This document shows positions 1-12,859 of a DNA stretch of 64,000 nt, piece by piece. Source of the stretch: Felis catus (lineage: Eukaryota); the NCBI RefSeq assembly GCF_018350175.1, contig NC_058368.1, positions 67,892,001-67,956,000 of the forward strand, in the 5' to 3' direction. Made by a program: the position numbers and the translations under genes. How positions within the stretch are numbered: position 1 is the first letter of the stretch; every line of letters begins with the position of its first letter. Below the pieces are notes generated by a model that did not search any database, was not told the DNA's origin, and worked only from the letters and a program-made list of their open reading frames with translations.

Positions 1-1080
1 GAGCAAAATGAGGAACTGGAGGTTTGGACCATTGAGAGGCAGCTGAATTCTGAGGAAGAGAGAGACATGTTGCCGAGCATGTGAGCTGAGCAGTAGCAGA
101 GACGGTGCCGGCCGGTGTGCAGTTTGGCCGGTGAATCATTTCCAATCCCCACCTCTTCGCTCACCTCCACTCCACCTCCAGAGCCATTTTGTCCGTGTGG
201 GAGGCAGGGGGAAGGGTGTTCGGAGATGAGGGAAGGTGTCCGGGAGAGGTGAGGTTGGTGGCAAAGGCAGCTCTCTCAGTCTAAATGTCTGCGTTGCCAC
301 AGCAGCTTCCAAACACCCCGGGCCTGGTTTGTCCAATTTGTGTCAGCGGCGCGTAAGCGGCATTCCTCGAAGAAGCAGGAAGCTGTTTGTGTGATGTGTC
401 GCTTGCGAACGCACGGCCTTCAGCTCACCCAGTGAGTAGTAATTCCTGGGTGCTAATGGGTAATGAGACACAACTCGGATGGCTTGGAAAGAAAATCATT
501 GGTCACGCCATTAAATTGAATTCGAGATGTGAACTGCCCGTGGCAGTAGCTATATCCAGCCAATCATGTAAAGAAATGTTGCCCTTCCCAAGTGTGGCTC
601 GTCAGAATCATTTCTGGGGGATATGAAATTGTAGGTAGTCTCTTCCAGTAATTGTGGGAAATGAATATGAGAGAAGACTTAATGGAAGGCTACAACGTGG
701 CACGTTCAAATTTGTTCTCTAAAATGTTTTATTGCTTTATGTTTGCGGTTGTTAAAAGCACCTTTTCTTCTGGGCTTTCTGTCTTTCTGTGTTTTTTGGT
801 GTGTTTTTAATTATTTTAGTCAAAGGAATACATGCTTCCTGTCGAAGATTTAGGAAGGCGAAGGATGAACGTAGAGCGTCACGATTAGGACATGGGTTAT
901 GATTTGTCGGTTTCTTTCCGGCTTTGTGTTTTTAGGTGTGTTACTTAGACCTCTCTCTGCTGAGTTTTTCTTCTTTTTAGTGGGGTCCGTAATCTCTACA
1001 CACAGGGTTGTTGTGAGGACTGAGACGGTTGCTGGCCTTAACAGTTGGTAGCTATTATTATTTTGGCCCATTTATGGGAA

Positions 1081-1335
1081 GCAGTAGAGAAGAGTGGTTA
1101 AGAGACTCTTCTGGAGCCAACTGCCTGGGCTCAAACCCCGTTTCTGCCACTTCCTAGCATCATACTCTTTGAGACAAATTCCTTTATTTCTCAGTGTCTC
1201 TGTTTTCTCATCCATAAAAATGGGGATAATAATAGTATTTAATCATAAATTTGTTCTGAGAATTGTATATATTTATATACATAAACAACATAGAATAGCA
1301 CCTACTATGTGTATAGTAAGTAAATGTTAACTATT
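1081..1335 (+). mobile_element. MIR SINE
   Basis: gtggttaagag...ctggagccaactgcctgggctcaaacccc head, core ctctgttttctcatccataaaaatggggataataatag, 3' end gtaaatgttaactatta. Confidence 0.8.
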
Positions 1336-2029
1336 ATCACTACTGTGCAATTTCTGGGCAGTCAGGGCTGACATTCTAGCATATTTTATTTGTTTGTGTC
1401 GCAGATAAACTTTTTGTTCTGCTTTGGCACATAACCCGCACCTGTGAGCTGTCCTTTTAATGACCACATAATATTCCACTGAGTAGGCACTCCATGAGTC
1501 ACTGAGCCTCAGTACCGGCCCTTTAAAGTGTGTTCCCTCCCCCACCCCCTCTCTGATAAATAATAGAGAAATATTACGGTACATAGCATGTGTTGAAAAT
1601 TCTGATCATTTCCCCAAAGTGGAGATTCATCTTAAATTTGACAATACTTCATATCTACAAAGAAGTATAGAAAATAATCTGACACACAACCAGATTCACC
1701 CAAACTAACATGTTACTATATTTACTTGTGGTTCATCCTTTGCTAAGAAATGATGTCATCACGGGTGGGGAGGGGTGAGAGAGGTGGTGGTGGGGGACAC
1801 AGTCTGGAAGACACTTCCTCTTAGAGTTGAAGGCTGTCTCCATCCCAGACCCCTCCCTCCTACCACAGAGGTGACATTCTACGGTATATTAACCTGGTCT
1901 AAGCATGCGTAATCTGCAGCTTCCTGTGTTCCCTGAGCATACTAGGACAGGTTGCCATTTTCAAAGGGACTTTTACTAAAAATAAAGGGAAACCAAAAGT
2001 GGAAGGAATGTTTGAAAATACAAAAAACA

Positions 2030-2242
2030 GGGGCACCTGGGTGGCTCAGTCAGTTAAGCGCCCGACTTCGGCTCAGGTCATGATCTAACGGTCTGTGAGT
2101 TCGAGCCCCGCGTCGGGCTCTGTGCTGACAGCTCGGAGCCTGGAGCTTGCTTCGGATTCTGTGTCTCCCTCTCTCTGTTCCGCCCCCACTTTCACTCTGT
2201 CTCTCTCTCTCTCTCTCAAAAATAAAGATTAAAAAAATTTAA
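2030..2242 (+). mobile_element. Can-SINE (SINEC_Fc type), full length
   Basis: ggggcacctgggtggctcagtcagttaagcg head, (CT)n, A-tail; TSD aaaatacaaaaaaca at 2015-2029 and 2243-2257. Confidence 0.97.
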
Positions 2243-2594
2243 AAAATACAAAAAACATAGCCATCTAATTTTCTGTCAGCACTTGCCTTGTTTTCCCTAC
2301 CCTCCACACTCCTGCCCTGACTCCCCTGGTCCCCTTGACCTACAGAGTTGTCTGTGTCTCCGCCTTGGGTTCTCTCTGACTCCAGACCCCTCCTGTGACT
2401 CCAGGATGCATTTCTGGAGCCCTCCTCATCACATTCTCTGCCTATCGTCTCCTGCCTTGGAGCCATTGTGGGATGTCAGGAAGCAAGACAGAAACCAGCA
2501 GTGTTCCTGGTGGTCAGTAAAGGAGAAGCTGACTTTGAACATCGTATCTAATCTAAGAGCAAGGAATCTGAATTAAGAAGTAAAAGGATAGAAG

Positions 2595-3085
2595 ACAATG
2601 AGCATTTATTGAGGGACCTCCTTGTGCTAGGTGTTTTATATACATAATCCAATTTACATCTTCCTCAAATTGCGAGATAGGGTTTACTTTTCTCTCATTG
2701 ATTAGTTGATGAGAAAACGGAATCTTGGAAAATTAAATACTGTGCTTAAGATCGCCATTGCCCGTTTACGATATAACGGAGACAGTTTTTACTCATCTGT
2801 CCCCCTCTGCCAGAATGGAAGCTCTAGGAGATACTAAAATATGATTGCATTTACTCAGGGCTGATTGGCTGGGTAGCATTTCCTCACTCAATCCTCTCAA
2901 CAAATTAAGGAAGGAGGTCCTATTATCTATCATCTATCTGTCATCTTTTATTTTGCAGGTGAATAAACTGAGGCACAGAGAGCTTAAGCAAATTCCTGCA
3001 GAATCTCACAGTTAGTTAAGAGTAGGGCAGGGATTTGAAACCAGATAGTTTAACTGCAGTCTGTACTGTTAATAACTATGTTATA
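2595..3085 (-). mobile_element. two antisense MIR fragments (~2595-2760, ~2860-3085)
   Basis: gagcatttattgag...gtgctagg; ttttgcaggtgaataaactgaggcacagagagcttaag...ggatttgaaaccag. Confidence 0.7.
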
Positions 3086-3149
3086 CTGCACAGTAGCGGT
3101 ATGAATGTATGTTTGTGTGTGTGTGTGTATGTATACATATATATTTCTT

Positions 3150-3238
3150 TGCCTATCTTATTTCTGCTGTATTTCCAGCACAGGGAATAATGCCTGGCAT
3201 ACAGTAGGTGTTTAATAAATACTAGCTGAATTAATGCA
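3150..3238 (+). mobile_element. L2 3' end
   Basis: ccagcac...tgcctggcatacagtaggtgtttaataaatactagctgaattaatg. Confidence 0.7.
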
Positions 3239-3309
3239 TAAATTTATGTAAGTCAAAGTCCCAGTATGAAAGATACGGAAGAGATGGTGCCCTCACATTA
3301 AAACAATTC

Positions 3310-3755
3310 AAGATGAATTTATTTATAAGATGATTCATTATAGAGATATAGGATAGAAGACCTGGGGATAATCCGGGACTCAGGACTGGAAGCAGTCACA
3401 GTCTTCACCATTTCTGTGTCCACAGAGATAAGGGGCTAGGGTAGGATGCAGAGTGGCAGAAGTTCCCGAAAGCAGAGGAGAGAGTCATCTAGAGCAGACC
3501 ACCTCGAGAACATCAGTGACTGTCAGGCGAGGGACATAGCAGCTAGAGGGAACCCTGCAAAAACCAGGAGAATAAATACCCAGACCCCACTCTCCTCCCC
3601 CACTCTTGTTTCCTGCTAGAGCTTCCCATCTGCCAAATCCAAATGGAAGCCAGAAGGCAGGGGGCGCCTTGTCATGGTCCATGCAGTTGAACCTCAGGGC
3701 AGTCAGACCAGGGTGGAAACACCTGGAGGGGCCAAGGGACGAGATTTGGCAGAGA
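3310..3755. mobile_element. old ERVL/MaLR-class solo LTR, subfamily uncertain
   Basis: aataaatacccagaccccactctcctcc and ccaaatggaagccagaaggcaggggg motifs typical of old MLT1/LTR33-like LTRs. Confidence 0.5.
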
Positions 3756-4309
3756 ATGACTGTATATGATGTCTTTCTCTCTGCTAATCTGGCTATTTCC
3801 AGGACTTCACGTTTCCTGTGGGAACATGCCAGTTACCAAATGTCAACTACCCAAGCCACGTGGAGAAAGGACAAGCATTAGGGATATGTTTAAAGCTTAC
3901 ATCAGAACTGGCCAGAGATGGAGACTGCAAGGAAGAAATGTGGCCTGGCCCCGCTTAATTAAGAAGGCATCTGTTGAAGGACTGGGGTTTAGGGAATATT
4001 TTTGTCTTGTGCTCTCTGATGTGATTTGCTGCTGTCCATCACTTGACAGATGGGTTTTGCTGGTGCCGAACCAAGCCTGGATGTGCACCATTCTTTCTCC
4101 ATGATGGCTTTGACTGCTCTTGGCAGGGACAGGCTTTCTCACCACTTTTGTTTTTCCCTCCAGTCCCTAGCTCATGCTATTTCTCAGTGGACATTTTCGG
4201 TCAGGCACCGAGAGCTGTTGCTTGTGGTTGAGTCTGGTGTGCCATTTTCTTTTTTCCACAAAGACACCAATGCCTCCCTAAGCCATCCCCTTATAGAGCT
4301 GCATCTTTT

Positions 4310-4534
4310 CTTTTCTTTTCTTTTTTCTTAACGTGTATTTATTTATTTTGAGAGAGAGAGAGCATGCGTGTGCACCAGTTCACAAGTGGGAGAGGGGCCG
4401 AGAGAGAAAATCCCAAATAGGCTCTGCAATCCTCACTGAGCCCGATGCAGGGTTCACTCTCATGACCATGAGATCATGATCTGAGCCGAAATCAAGAGGG
4501 AGATGCTTAACCCACTGAGTTGCCCAGACACCCC
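4310..4534 (-). mobile_element. Can-SINE, older subfamily
   Basis: antisense SINE body (gagatcatgatctgagccgaaatcaagag); TSD agctgcatctttt at 4297-4309 and 4538-4550. Confidence 0.95.
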
Positions 4535-5367
4535 GAAAGCTGCATCTTTTACACAAAGATGCCCTGGGGGACCAGCTGTGACACCTGTTAAGTTCCTGTA
4601 CATCTTCCCCTTAAATCATTTGCCTAAATTCAGATCTTTAAGTATGTGCTTCTGGAACTTAACTAACTCAAAGAACTTACCTAGCTCACAGATGGTCTTA
4701 GCCTTATTCACCCCTGCCTGGAGTTCCCCCCTTAGACACTGCTCTGTTAAATTCTTGGCATTTTTCTTCTTTTCTCTGTTGTCCATTTTCCCTTCCAATA
4801 TAGTTTTGTCAGCCTTGTGAAGGTATTTTAATGTGGAACATCGTCTAAATAACATGAACAAATCACTGTAGTCAGAGAGGCTGCATTTCCTGAGAACAAT
4901 GTTATGTGGTGATTTTTCCTGTGACTGTATTTTGAGCCTCACACTTTCCACATGGCATGTTGATAAAAAAAAAAGCATGGTGGAGGTAGACAGACCTGAG
5001 CTCATGTGACGACAGGTACTTAAACTCTAGTAGCATCATTCATTCATTCATTTCAGGAACATTTATTGAGTGCATCCTGATATGAGTATCAGGCAGGTTT
5101 TTTTAGCCTCTGGCAACTTGGAGATAGACAAAGCTGACTACAGGTGCCTTATGAGATGGTGAAATAATCTCTGTCCTGGAAGGTGGTGGTTAGGATGAGA
5201 TGAGATGGGGTATATAAAGCAACCAACATAGAATTTGGTACATAGTGGTTGCTTATTAAATCATATTTGTCATCCTTTCCCTGCAGATAATAAACATGAT
5301 GTTAGATACATTTTTAAGAGTTTTGAGAAAGATCATCTAGAGAAATATATTTTTGAAAGAACTTTTT

Positions 5368-5586
5368 ATTTTATTTTGTTTTTAAATGTTTTAATTTTTT
5401 TATTTTTGAGACACACAGCTTGTGAGCAGGGGAGGGGCAGAGAGAGAGGGAGACACAGAATCTGAAGCAGGCTCCAGGCTCTGAGCTGACAGCACAGAGC
5501 CTGATGCGGGGCTCAAACTCACGAACTGTGAGATCACGATCTGAGCTGAAGTCAGACGCTTAACTGACTGAGCCACCAGGCGTCCC
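5368..5586 (-). mobile_element. Can-SINE (SINEC_Fc type)
   Basis: gggagacacagaatctgaagcaggctccaggctctgagc; TSD tgaaaga(a/c)cttttt. Confidence 0.96.
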
Positions 5587-6105
5587 TGAAAGACCTTTTT
5601 AAATACACAGATTTAAAGCCTCATTAAAACTTTAAATTTTATGATTTGTTTTCTTGGCTTTTAAGTTGTAAGGAAAGACATATTTTTTTTAAAGGGTGTG
5701 TATCTCACAGACATCTGAAGTCACCTTCCTTTTTTTCTCCCACTTCAAGAGCTTTAATTAGAAATTGTGGTGATTTTCCCTGAAGTGAAACTATCAGCTC
5801 ATTTGGGCTGGCTAGGTTGTTTGTGATGATCTGTTTCAAATGGACACTTTATCTTAAAAAAAAAAAAACACAAAACTTTAAAGAAACTTTATTTTAACTT
5901 CTTTTCCTGATAATAGTTTTATATCCCCTAATAAATCTGTGATATTTTATCTGGCCCAGGGCTTCTATAAATTCACATATTATATAGCTAAGTCATATGA
6001 TATAAAATTTTAAGTCTGTTCCACTGGCTTCATGAATTTAATTATGTAATTGTTGAAATTAATGTGGTCTGACAATGTCATGATTTTCCCGTTTTTATGC
6101 CTCAG

Positions 6106-6126
6106 GATTGAAACATCCTGTTTGGG
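6106..6126 (+). other. candidate 21-nt microexon
   Basis: tctgac branch-like motif, ttttcccgtttttaTGCctcag acceptor, GATTGAAACATCCTGTTTGGG, donor gtaaat; repeat-free flanks. Confidence 0.35.
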
Positions 6127-6532
6127 GTAAATGTATGGATACAGAAACCATGACAGTTTACTACAAAATACTAATCTCATTCAGAAATTAAATAGAAAAA
6201 ATATTCTTAAAGCTTTAATACTATTGGGGCACAAATGGACATTTGTTTTGCCAACTCCTTTAAAAGGTTTTGCTTGTCAATTAATGTTGTTTGCAAGCTG
6301 GCAAAAAAAAATTGAGGAGGTCTTCATCTTAGGCTAAGAGAGACTCAGTACACAACATATTTAGCAATAACACATTTTCTGACTGAATTAATAATTTAAA
6401 TATCAGCCAGCTCATACTTGGAGCCATAGTATTGATAACTTTTAATTTATAAAATATAGCTGAGCATGCTGAGTATTTCGCTTGCCTCTTTAGATCCACT
6501 TTCCACCCTTCTCCCCCTACTTTGTTTCCTTT

Positions 6533-6735
6533 TGTATTAGCTGGTTTAGGCTGCTGTAACAAAATAGGCCAGGTGGCATAAACAACAAATTTGTTTCTCA
6601 CTGTTCAGGAGGTGGGAAAGGATCAAGGTCCTTTCCCAAGGTGGGAAAGGATCAAGGGTTAAGTGTCTGATGAAGGCTCTTTTCCTGGCTTGTAGATGGC
6701 AGCCTTCTTGCTGTGTACTCACATAGCCTTTTCTT

Positions 6736-6780
<45 letters not shown>

Positions 6781-6960
6781 GGCACAAACTCTCTAGTGTC
6801 TCCTCTTGTAAGGGCACTAATCCCATAGTGAGTGCACTACCTCATGACCTCATCCAATTGTAATGACCTCTCAAAGACTCCTACTTCAAATACCATTGCA
6901 TAGGGGGTTAGGTAGGGCTTCAACATATGAATTTTGGAGGAACACATTCAATCCATAACA
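6533..6960 (-). mobile_element. MLT1A/MLT1A0-like MaLR solo LTR containing (TG)n
   Basis: tgtattag...gggctgctgtaacaaaata start, tcttgtaagggcactaatcccat, acattcaatccataaca end. Confidence 0.85.
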
Positions 6961-7290
6961 CCCGAGAATGTGACTAGTATAGGGTACTTCAAAGCATGCC
7001 TTACTATTGAGTTTAGCCGATGGGGAGCTTCAGTAGGAGATGGAGGGAAGGGGGAAACTGAAATCAAGGGTTCTCCTGGGCTGGCTGTGCCCGTTGACCC
7101 AAGGTCACAGCGTCTGTTAGGTAGCCCTCTTCTCACATCCTTTCTTGTTCTGGGTCCCTATAACCGCTCACTCCACCTCTTTCTGTTTAGAACAAAAGTG
7201 CTGGTGACAACCCTGCTGTTATGGGTCTCAGGGTCCTGCGCTATCCCTGTGCATTCCCTATTTGCCCTGCACTCTGCTTCGTCTTTTTAA

Positions 7291-7509
7291 AAAATTTTTT
7301 TAATGTTTTATTTATTTTTGACAGGGAGAGAGTATGAGTGGGAGAGAGGCAGAGAGAATGAGAGAGTAAGAGAGAGAGAGAATCCAAAGTAGGCTCCAGG
7401 CTCTGAGCTGTCAGCACAGAGTCTGATATGGGTCTCAAATTAACGAACCGTGAGATCATGACCTGAGCCAAAGTCAGATGCTTAACCGACTGAGCCACCC
7501 AGGCACCCC
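7291..7509 (-). mobile_element. Can-SINE (SINEC_Fc type)
   Basis: antisense body ending gagccacccaggcacccc; TSD ctgctt(cg/ta)tctttttaa. Confidence 0.96.
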
Positions 7510-9435
7510 TGCTTTATCTTTTTAAGAAGTCCCTTTCCTTATTCTTCCTCCCATATCTCAAAGATCTTACACATTATTGTACATTAGGTTGAAATGAACC
7601 GACAAAAATAGCTGTGAAGAAGAAAATATACCTTCTTTGTGTCTCAAATAATCCTCCTGCCCTCCGCCCCCCCCCCCCCCCCCCATAAAACAAAACAGCA
7701 AAACATAAACTTCTTTTTATGGGGAAAATAGGTGCTGCTTTGTTGGTGAGGAATCAGTTGGTTACACCCTTACCTTTTGATTGATTGGAAAGCAGTTAGG
7801 GTCAGGAGAAGCCTTTTTGGGAAATAATAATCCAATTACATCTATCTGAGTGGGGCAAATAGGACTGTTACTCAAATCACTGTTGGGTGGTCACTGCTCC
7901 CTCAAATTGTCACTTATTTATTTGTCTCATTGCTTATGGCTTATTCTCATCTGTAGAATTCAAACTAATGATTGGGATTGTCTTAAATACTACAGTGATC
8001 CAGGCACCGAGAACAATGCCTGTGGTAGCTTCCAATAAATCTTTGTTGAGTGATTTTGTTAACCAAATTCTATTGAACTGTAATAGAAAGGGGAGTGGAG
8101 AGGCAGAGTTTGGGGGAATGAACTGAAGTTAATGTCCTAAATAAAGTTCATTTGGCAGGCAGTAAACAGGAGAGGGGAAATATGGTGTAGACATCCAGGA
8201 GTGGCATGGGTAAACTGGTGGCCTCCAGAGTCTAGTAAGGCAAAAAGTGGTTCCAACAAGCTCGTGATCAGAAAAAGGACGCCATTGATGCTTGGCTTCC
8301 TGGAATTCTAGAGAGTTGCAATATCTACCACGTGGTTGTAAAATGTAAGCTACCCGGCAGATTATGTGTCCTGGGTGCTAGGATACAAAAATGAATAAGA
8401 TGTAGTCTTTTACATTGGGTTATTTCTCTCTTTAGCATGGATGACTGAAAAAAAATGATTATATTTTCCCACTCAAGATGGAAAAGAATCAACTTTAGTT
8501 ATAATATTAAATTTTCTTTTTGGATGATAAAGTGCTATTTTAAATTTTATAATTGATTCTAAATGATTGAACAATAAACTATAGCATGTTGACTTTAAAT
8601 TTACTCGAGTTCTGAAATAGGGATGGTGAAATTGACAATACAATTGGATAAAATCAAGGTTATTTTTCCTTGGGTAACCATAAAATACCAATCTCAATTC
8701 TTTTTTTTTTTTTTTTAACTTCATAAGACAATCTAGAGATGCTGGAGTAAATATAATTTTCCTCCTAGCCACTTTATGATGTAAAGGGAATACATTGATT
8801 TCCTTTCTAACAAGGCACAAATCACATAAGCCAAAAGAGTTAAGGCCTTGAAATGGACTTTAATAATTTCCAGGCTTTAGAAGATGCTACACATGTCTGT
8901 GTGGAAAGGTGATGAGAAACATTTCTTATGGTTCAACATCAGCTTCATTTTCCCTGGGATGAAGATTAATCACACAGGAAATTAAAGAATGTGGTAAAGC
9001 TCAGAGAAAACCAGAGGCAAAATCACAAGGTCAATATCCAAGCAAGGAGTTAACAAGATCAGTGAAAGCTAACATGAGTCCCTAACTTTCTTTAATGAAA
9101 ATTGCCCACTGATCTCATACCAGGTAAATGGGCTTCGTTGCTTCACCTGGTACCTGGAGGATTTCGCTTCTCCAGCACTGCTCTTTAAACAGGAGCATAT
9201 TATTCAGGCTTAACAGCTAGTAATTGCTCATATGGCTGAATCAGTAACAGAATAATCAAAATGAACTTATTTACAGAGAATTATTGTGTGTTAGTGAATT
9301 TTAGAGGAATAAATAGGAAGTTAACACTTGGGACTGCTAAGCCATTAATTTCTTGGATTTCCATTCCTTTTTTCTCATAAATTAATTTTTCATTTGTCTG
9401 GAAGCATGCTTTGGCTCACATAGTTTAATGATAGG

Positions 9436-9443
<8 letters not shown>

Positions 9444-9476
<33 letters not shown>
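9444..9476 (+). repeat. (TG)n microsatellite
   Basis: uninterrupted tgtg run. Confidence 0.98.
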
Positions 9477-9478
<2 letters not shown>

Positions 9479-12400
9479 GGGATGACTCTTGTAGTCTTTG
9501 TGTCTATTTCAGTGGCGTTTATGGATCTGAACTTGGTAAAAGATGTCAAACCAGGAGCTTCTATTGCACTATTCTATATTGAAACTGCAAAATTGAAGAT
9601 ATTATGTGTTTTGGTTTAGAAATGGAGTGTAGCCATGTACTATGTCCTATTATTTGTTTATGATTTGTAGGATGTGTTTGTGGGCTAAGTTGCCTCTCAT
9701 TGTAAGCCATGCTTGTTTCAGGATATTTTATTTCACCAAATCAAAAAAAAAAACCAATATTTTATTCTCTTGTTTGAATTTTCAGTATTAGTATGTCAGT
9801 TGTGTAATCCAGTCGGGACAAGAATGGGGTAAGTCGAATGAAGTTGGAGGAGGGGAATAGAGATGGATGGGATAATGAGTCACCCGTATTTTGCAATAGG
9901 AAATGTGATAGTGGCCATTTAGCAAATGGCCTGTTGCTGAGGTGATAATACATAGGCATTCTTGTTACACTGGACAGCACAGCCTCCAACACTAGAACAA
10001 GACAACCTGTTCCAATGCCCTTTGTAATATGGTTGCCCCCACAGTTGCTCAAACCCGCCACTGACACCATTCAGCTGATTCCCACATTGGTGTTGGCAGG
10101 GCTGAGGTACACAGAGTGTCTTTCTAATGCCCCAGTCTGGGCCTGAACCCAAGACCCATTTCTAGTATTGACATTCATGGATGGGACCAGAGCAATTGTG
10201 CTCAGAACAGAACACCTATACTTTGTGGTGACACAAAATAACCCCTTGGATGTTCTTTCTGGAATGGATGCAGGGGAAAAAACCTTTCTGTTTTTCATTT
10301 TTTAGGTTATTCCTTGATTTGTGTCTAACTTGTGGGGGGTGGTAAGAGAAGGAAGAAAATTGCTTAGCTGTTGCAATAACATATATGCTACAATTTTTGG
10401 CAATAACTATAAAACTCACCCTAATAGTTGCTACCATAAAAGGTCAAAAATGCTATCCTTGGATATCTAGTTGAGGGACTCCAATTTCTCTCTCTAACCA
10501 TGGCAATTGCTTTCAGATGGAAGCTAGCTCTGTATATAAACTCGGACAGAATATTCCAATCACTTCCGTTCTTCCCTCTTCTCCTCTCCCCTCCAGCATC
10601 CTCCTCTGTCCCCTGTTCCCCCCTTCTCTTCTCCTCTCCTCCTCCCCCTTTGCAGAGTGTGAATTACTGAATATATATGGGGATGAATCAGCCCTGTAAG
10701 CAGCAAGTTGTCCATCCTAGTGACACACATAACTCCTTTTGCATGTTACCTATGGGTTTTCAAGATGTTCTAATTTCTATGTTAGAATATTAGCCTCTAT
10801 GGTGCTTTCATTTATTCTGTGGTTCTTAAGGCTAATGATTGCAAATGAGACTCCAGAGCCCCATCACTGAGGGCTGTGGGTTTGGACAGGGAAGAGTAAA
10901 ATCTTCAAGCTTGTATCAAATTTTACCATGAGAATCAATTTGATTAGTAGTTTGGTACCTATTAGAAATTAACAAAACGTTTTTATATATGCTTATAGTC
11001 CTGTGTTCTAGGCAGAATATAAATTATCTTTGTTTTAGGATAACTGAATACAGGGTTAGAGGAAGTCAGTGCTTGACCCAAGGTTGCAGGTCAGCTAATT
11101 GTTTCCCAATTCCCTCCACCAGTGGTCTTTTTATGAGTTTCTTTTGGTAAGAATCTTACAGTCACTTAGAATGAAAATCCTCTCCATCATCATTACTTAG
11201 ATTTCTTTCAGGCTATTCTTAAATAATTCGGGTAGACTTTTATGTTTGCTTAAGTGCAGTATGTTTGCATTGTTACTGAGAGTGCATTTAATTTTTCCAA
11301 AGGGTAATTGAATTATTCTGAAGTTGAATGCATGGTTTATGCACAGCAATATATTAGCTTGTAAGTTGGCAATTGAGGGAGTCACTAAGAATAAAACATT
11401 TCCTCCAAGCATCATAGTATTTTGGTAGCTTAAAATGTGAATTTTGATCACAGACATCCTTTGTAGACAATAGATTTAATTGGTTGTATCTGACAGGTAT
11501 ATCCAGATGCCAGGCCATTTGAGAAGTAAATGCGTATCAAAGTGAGTTTGGCCTAATTAAATTATCCAGGGGACATAAGTGTGTAGATGCCGATGCTGTT
11601 ATTACAGATTGCCTACACTAGGAGGTGTAAACGGTGAGTTATTCTGGGAATATTCCTTTGGAAACCATTTTGTGAATTAGCAAATAATTTCCAATGCCCA
11701 TACATTAAGAAACAATAGGCTTCAATATTCTAAGAGTCATGTTTCTTCCCAAAGTGAAACATTTTTACTTGAAATAAACATCATGCTTTAAAATACTTCT
11801 TTCAATGCGTAGATAGGATTATTTTAGGTAGTTATGTCGAATGTGTCCCTCTTTTATGTATTTTCTTAATGGAAAAGGAAAGGAGTGTATCTTATAGTTC
11901 TTGTACATGCATCCCTACTTGCATCAGGATATCCCTGGTATAACATTTTATTTTAATAACTATACTTTCCTGTTTTTGATCAGTGATCAGTTTATAACCT
12001 AGTTTTGTTTATTTTCTTTCCTATTGGCTCTTTCTCTGGCACTGCTATTTACCCAGGTTTTTTGGCTTTCGTGTAGGTATTTTCTCCTTGAGATCAATAA
12101 ATATTGATGATTTTTAAGTATCTTAAGATTTAAGACAGAAGAGAAGGATGTACTTCACCTGGGAAAAAAAGTAAAAGAGAAACCTGGAAGAGCAAGGAGA
12201 CTTTGTGGAAAAATGGATTATAAACATGTAGTCATTTATTATGGTGAGTCCTGGGGCAATATGGTAGGAAATTTTATTTATGGTCTTGCCACGACCTGGA
12301 TGATCTTTGGTAGTAAACAAGTGCTTTTTGTTGAGTCTCCAGGCCTCTGTAGTCCCCTCAGTGGTAGTGGGCATGATGAGGGTTAAGCAAAGATATAGCC

Positions 12401-12643
12401 AAAAGTGTCACTTTGTGTGTAGAATGATGAGTTTTTGAGAGAGCATATCACTCTTAAAAATGGTTTCATTACACTAACTTAAAGAATTTAGAGCATTTAG
12501 AAATAACCAATGGCTGGATTTATATGCATTTCAGAGTTCATACTTTGAACATTTTCAGGATTTAGATGGGGAAATTAAGAGTACATTATATTTTGTCTCC
12601 TTGTTGCTGTTGTTTATATTTTTGTCAAAAATATACCATTTAA

Positions 12644-12859
12644 GGGGCGCCTGGGTGGCGCAGTCGGTTAAGCATCCGACTTCAGCCTGGTCACGATCTC
12701 GCGGTCTGTGAGTTCGAGCCCCGCGTCAGGCTCTGGACTGATGGCTCGGAGCCTGGAGTCTGTTTCTGATTCTGTGTCTCCCTCTCTCTCTGCCCCTCCC
12801 CCATTCATGCTCTGTCTCTCTCTGTCCCAAAAATAAATAAACGTTGAAAAAAAAATAAA
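12644..12859 (+). mobile_element. young Can-SINE (SINEC_Fc)
   Basis: ggggcgcctgggtggcgcagtcgg, CpGs retained, tcccaaaaataaataaacgttg tail; perfect TSD aaaaatataccatttaag at 12627-12644 and 12860-12877. Confidence 0.98.

Noticed and set aside
2030..2110. tRNA genes
   Set aside because: A/B-box-like sequences are SINE heads followed by SINE body, (CT)n and A-tail; no intact cloverleaf seen
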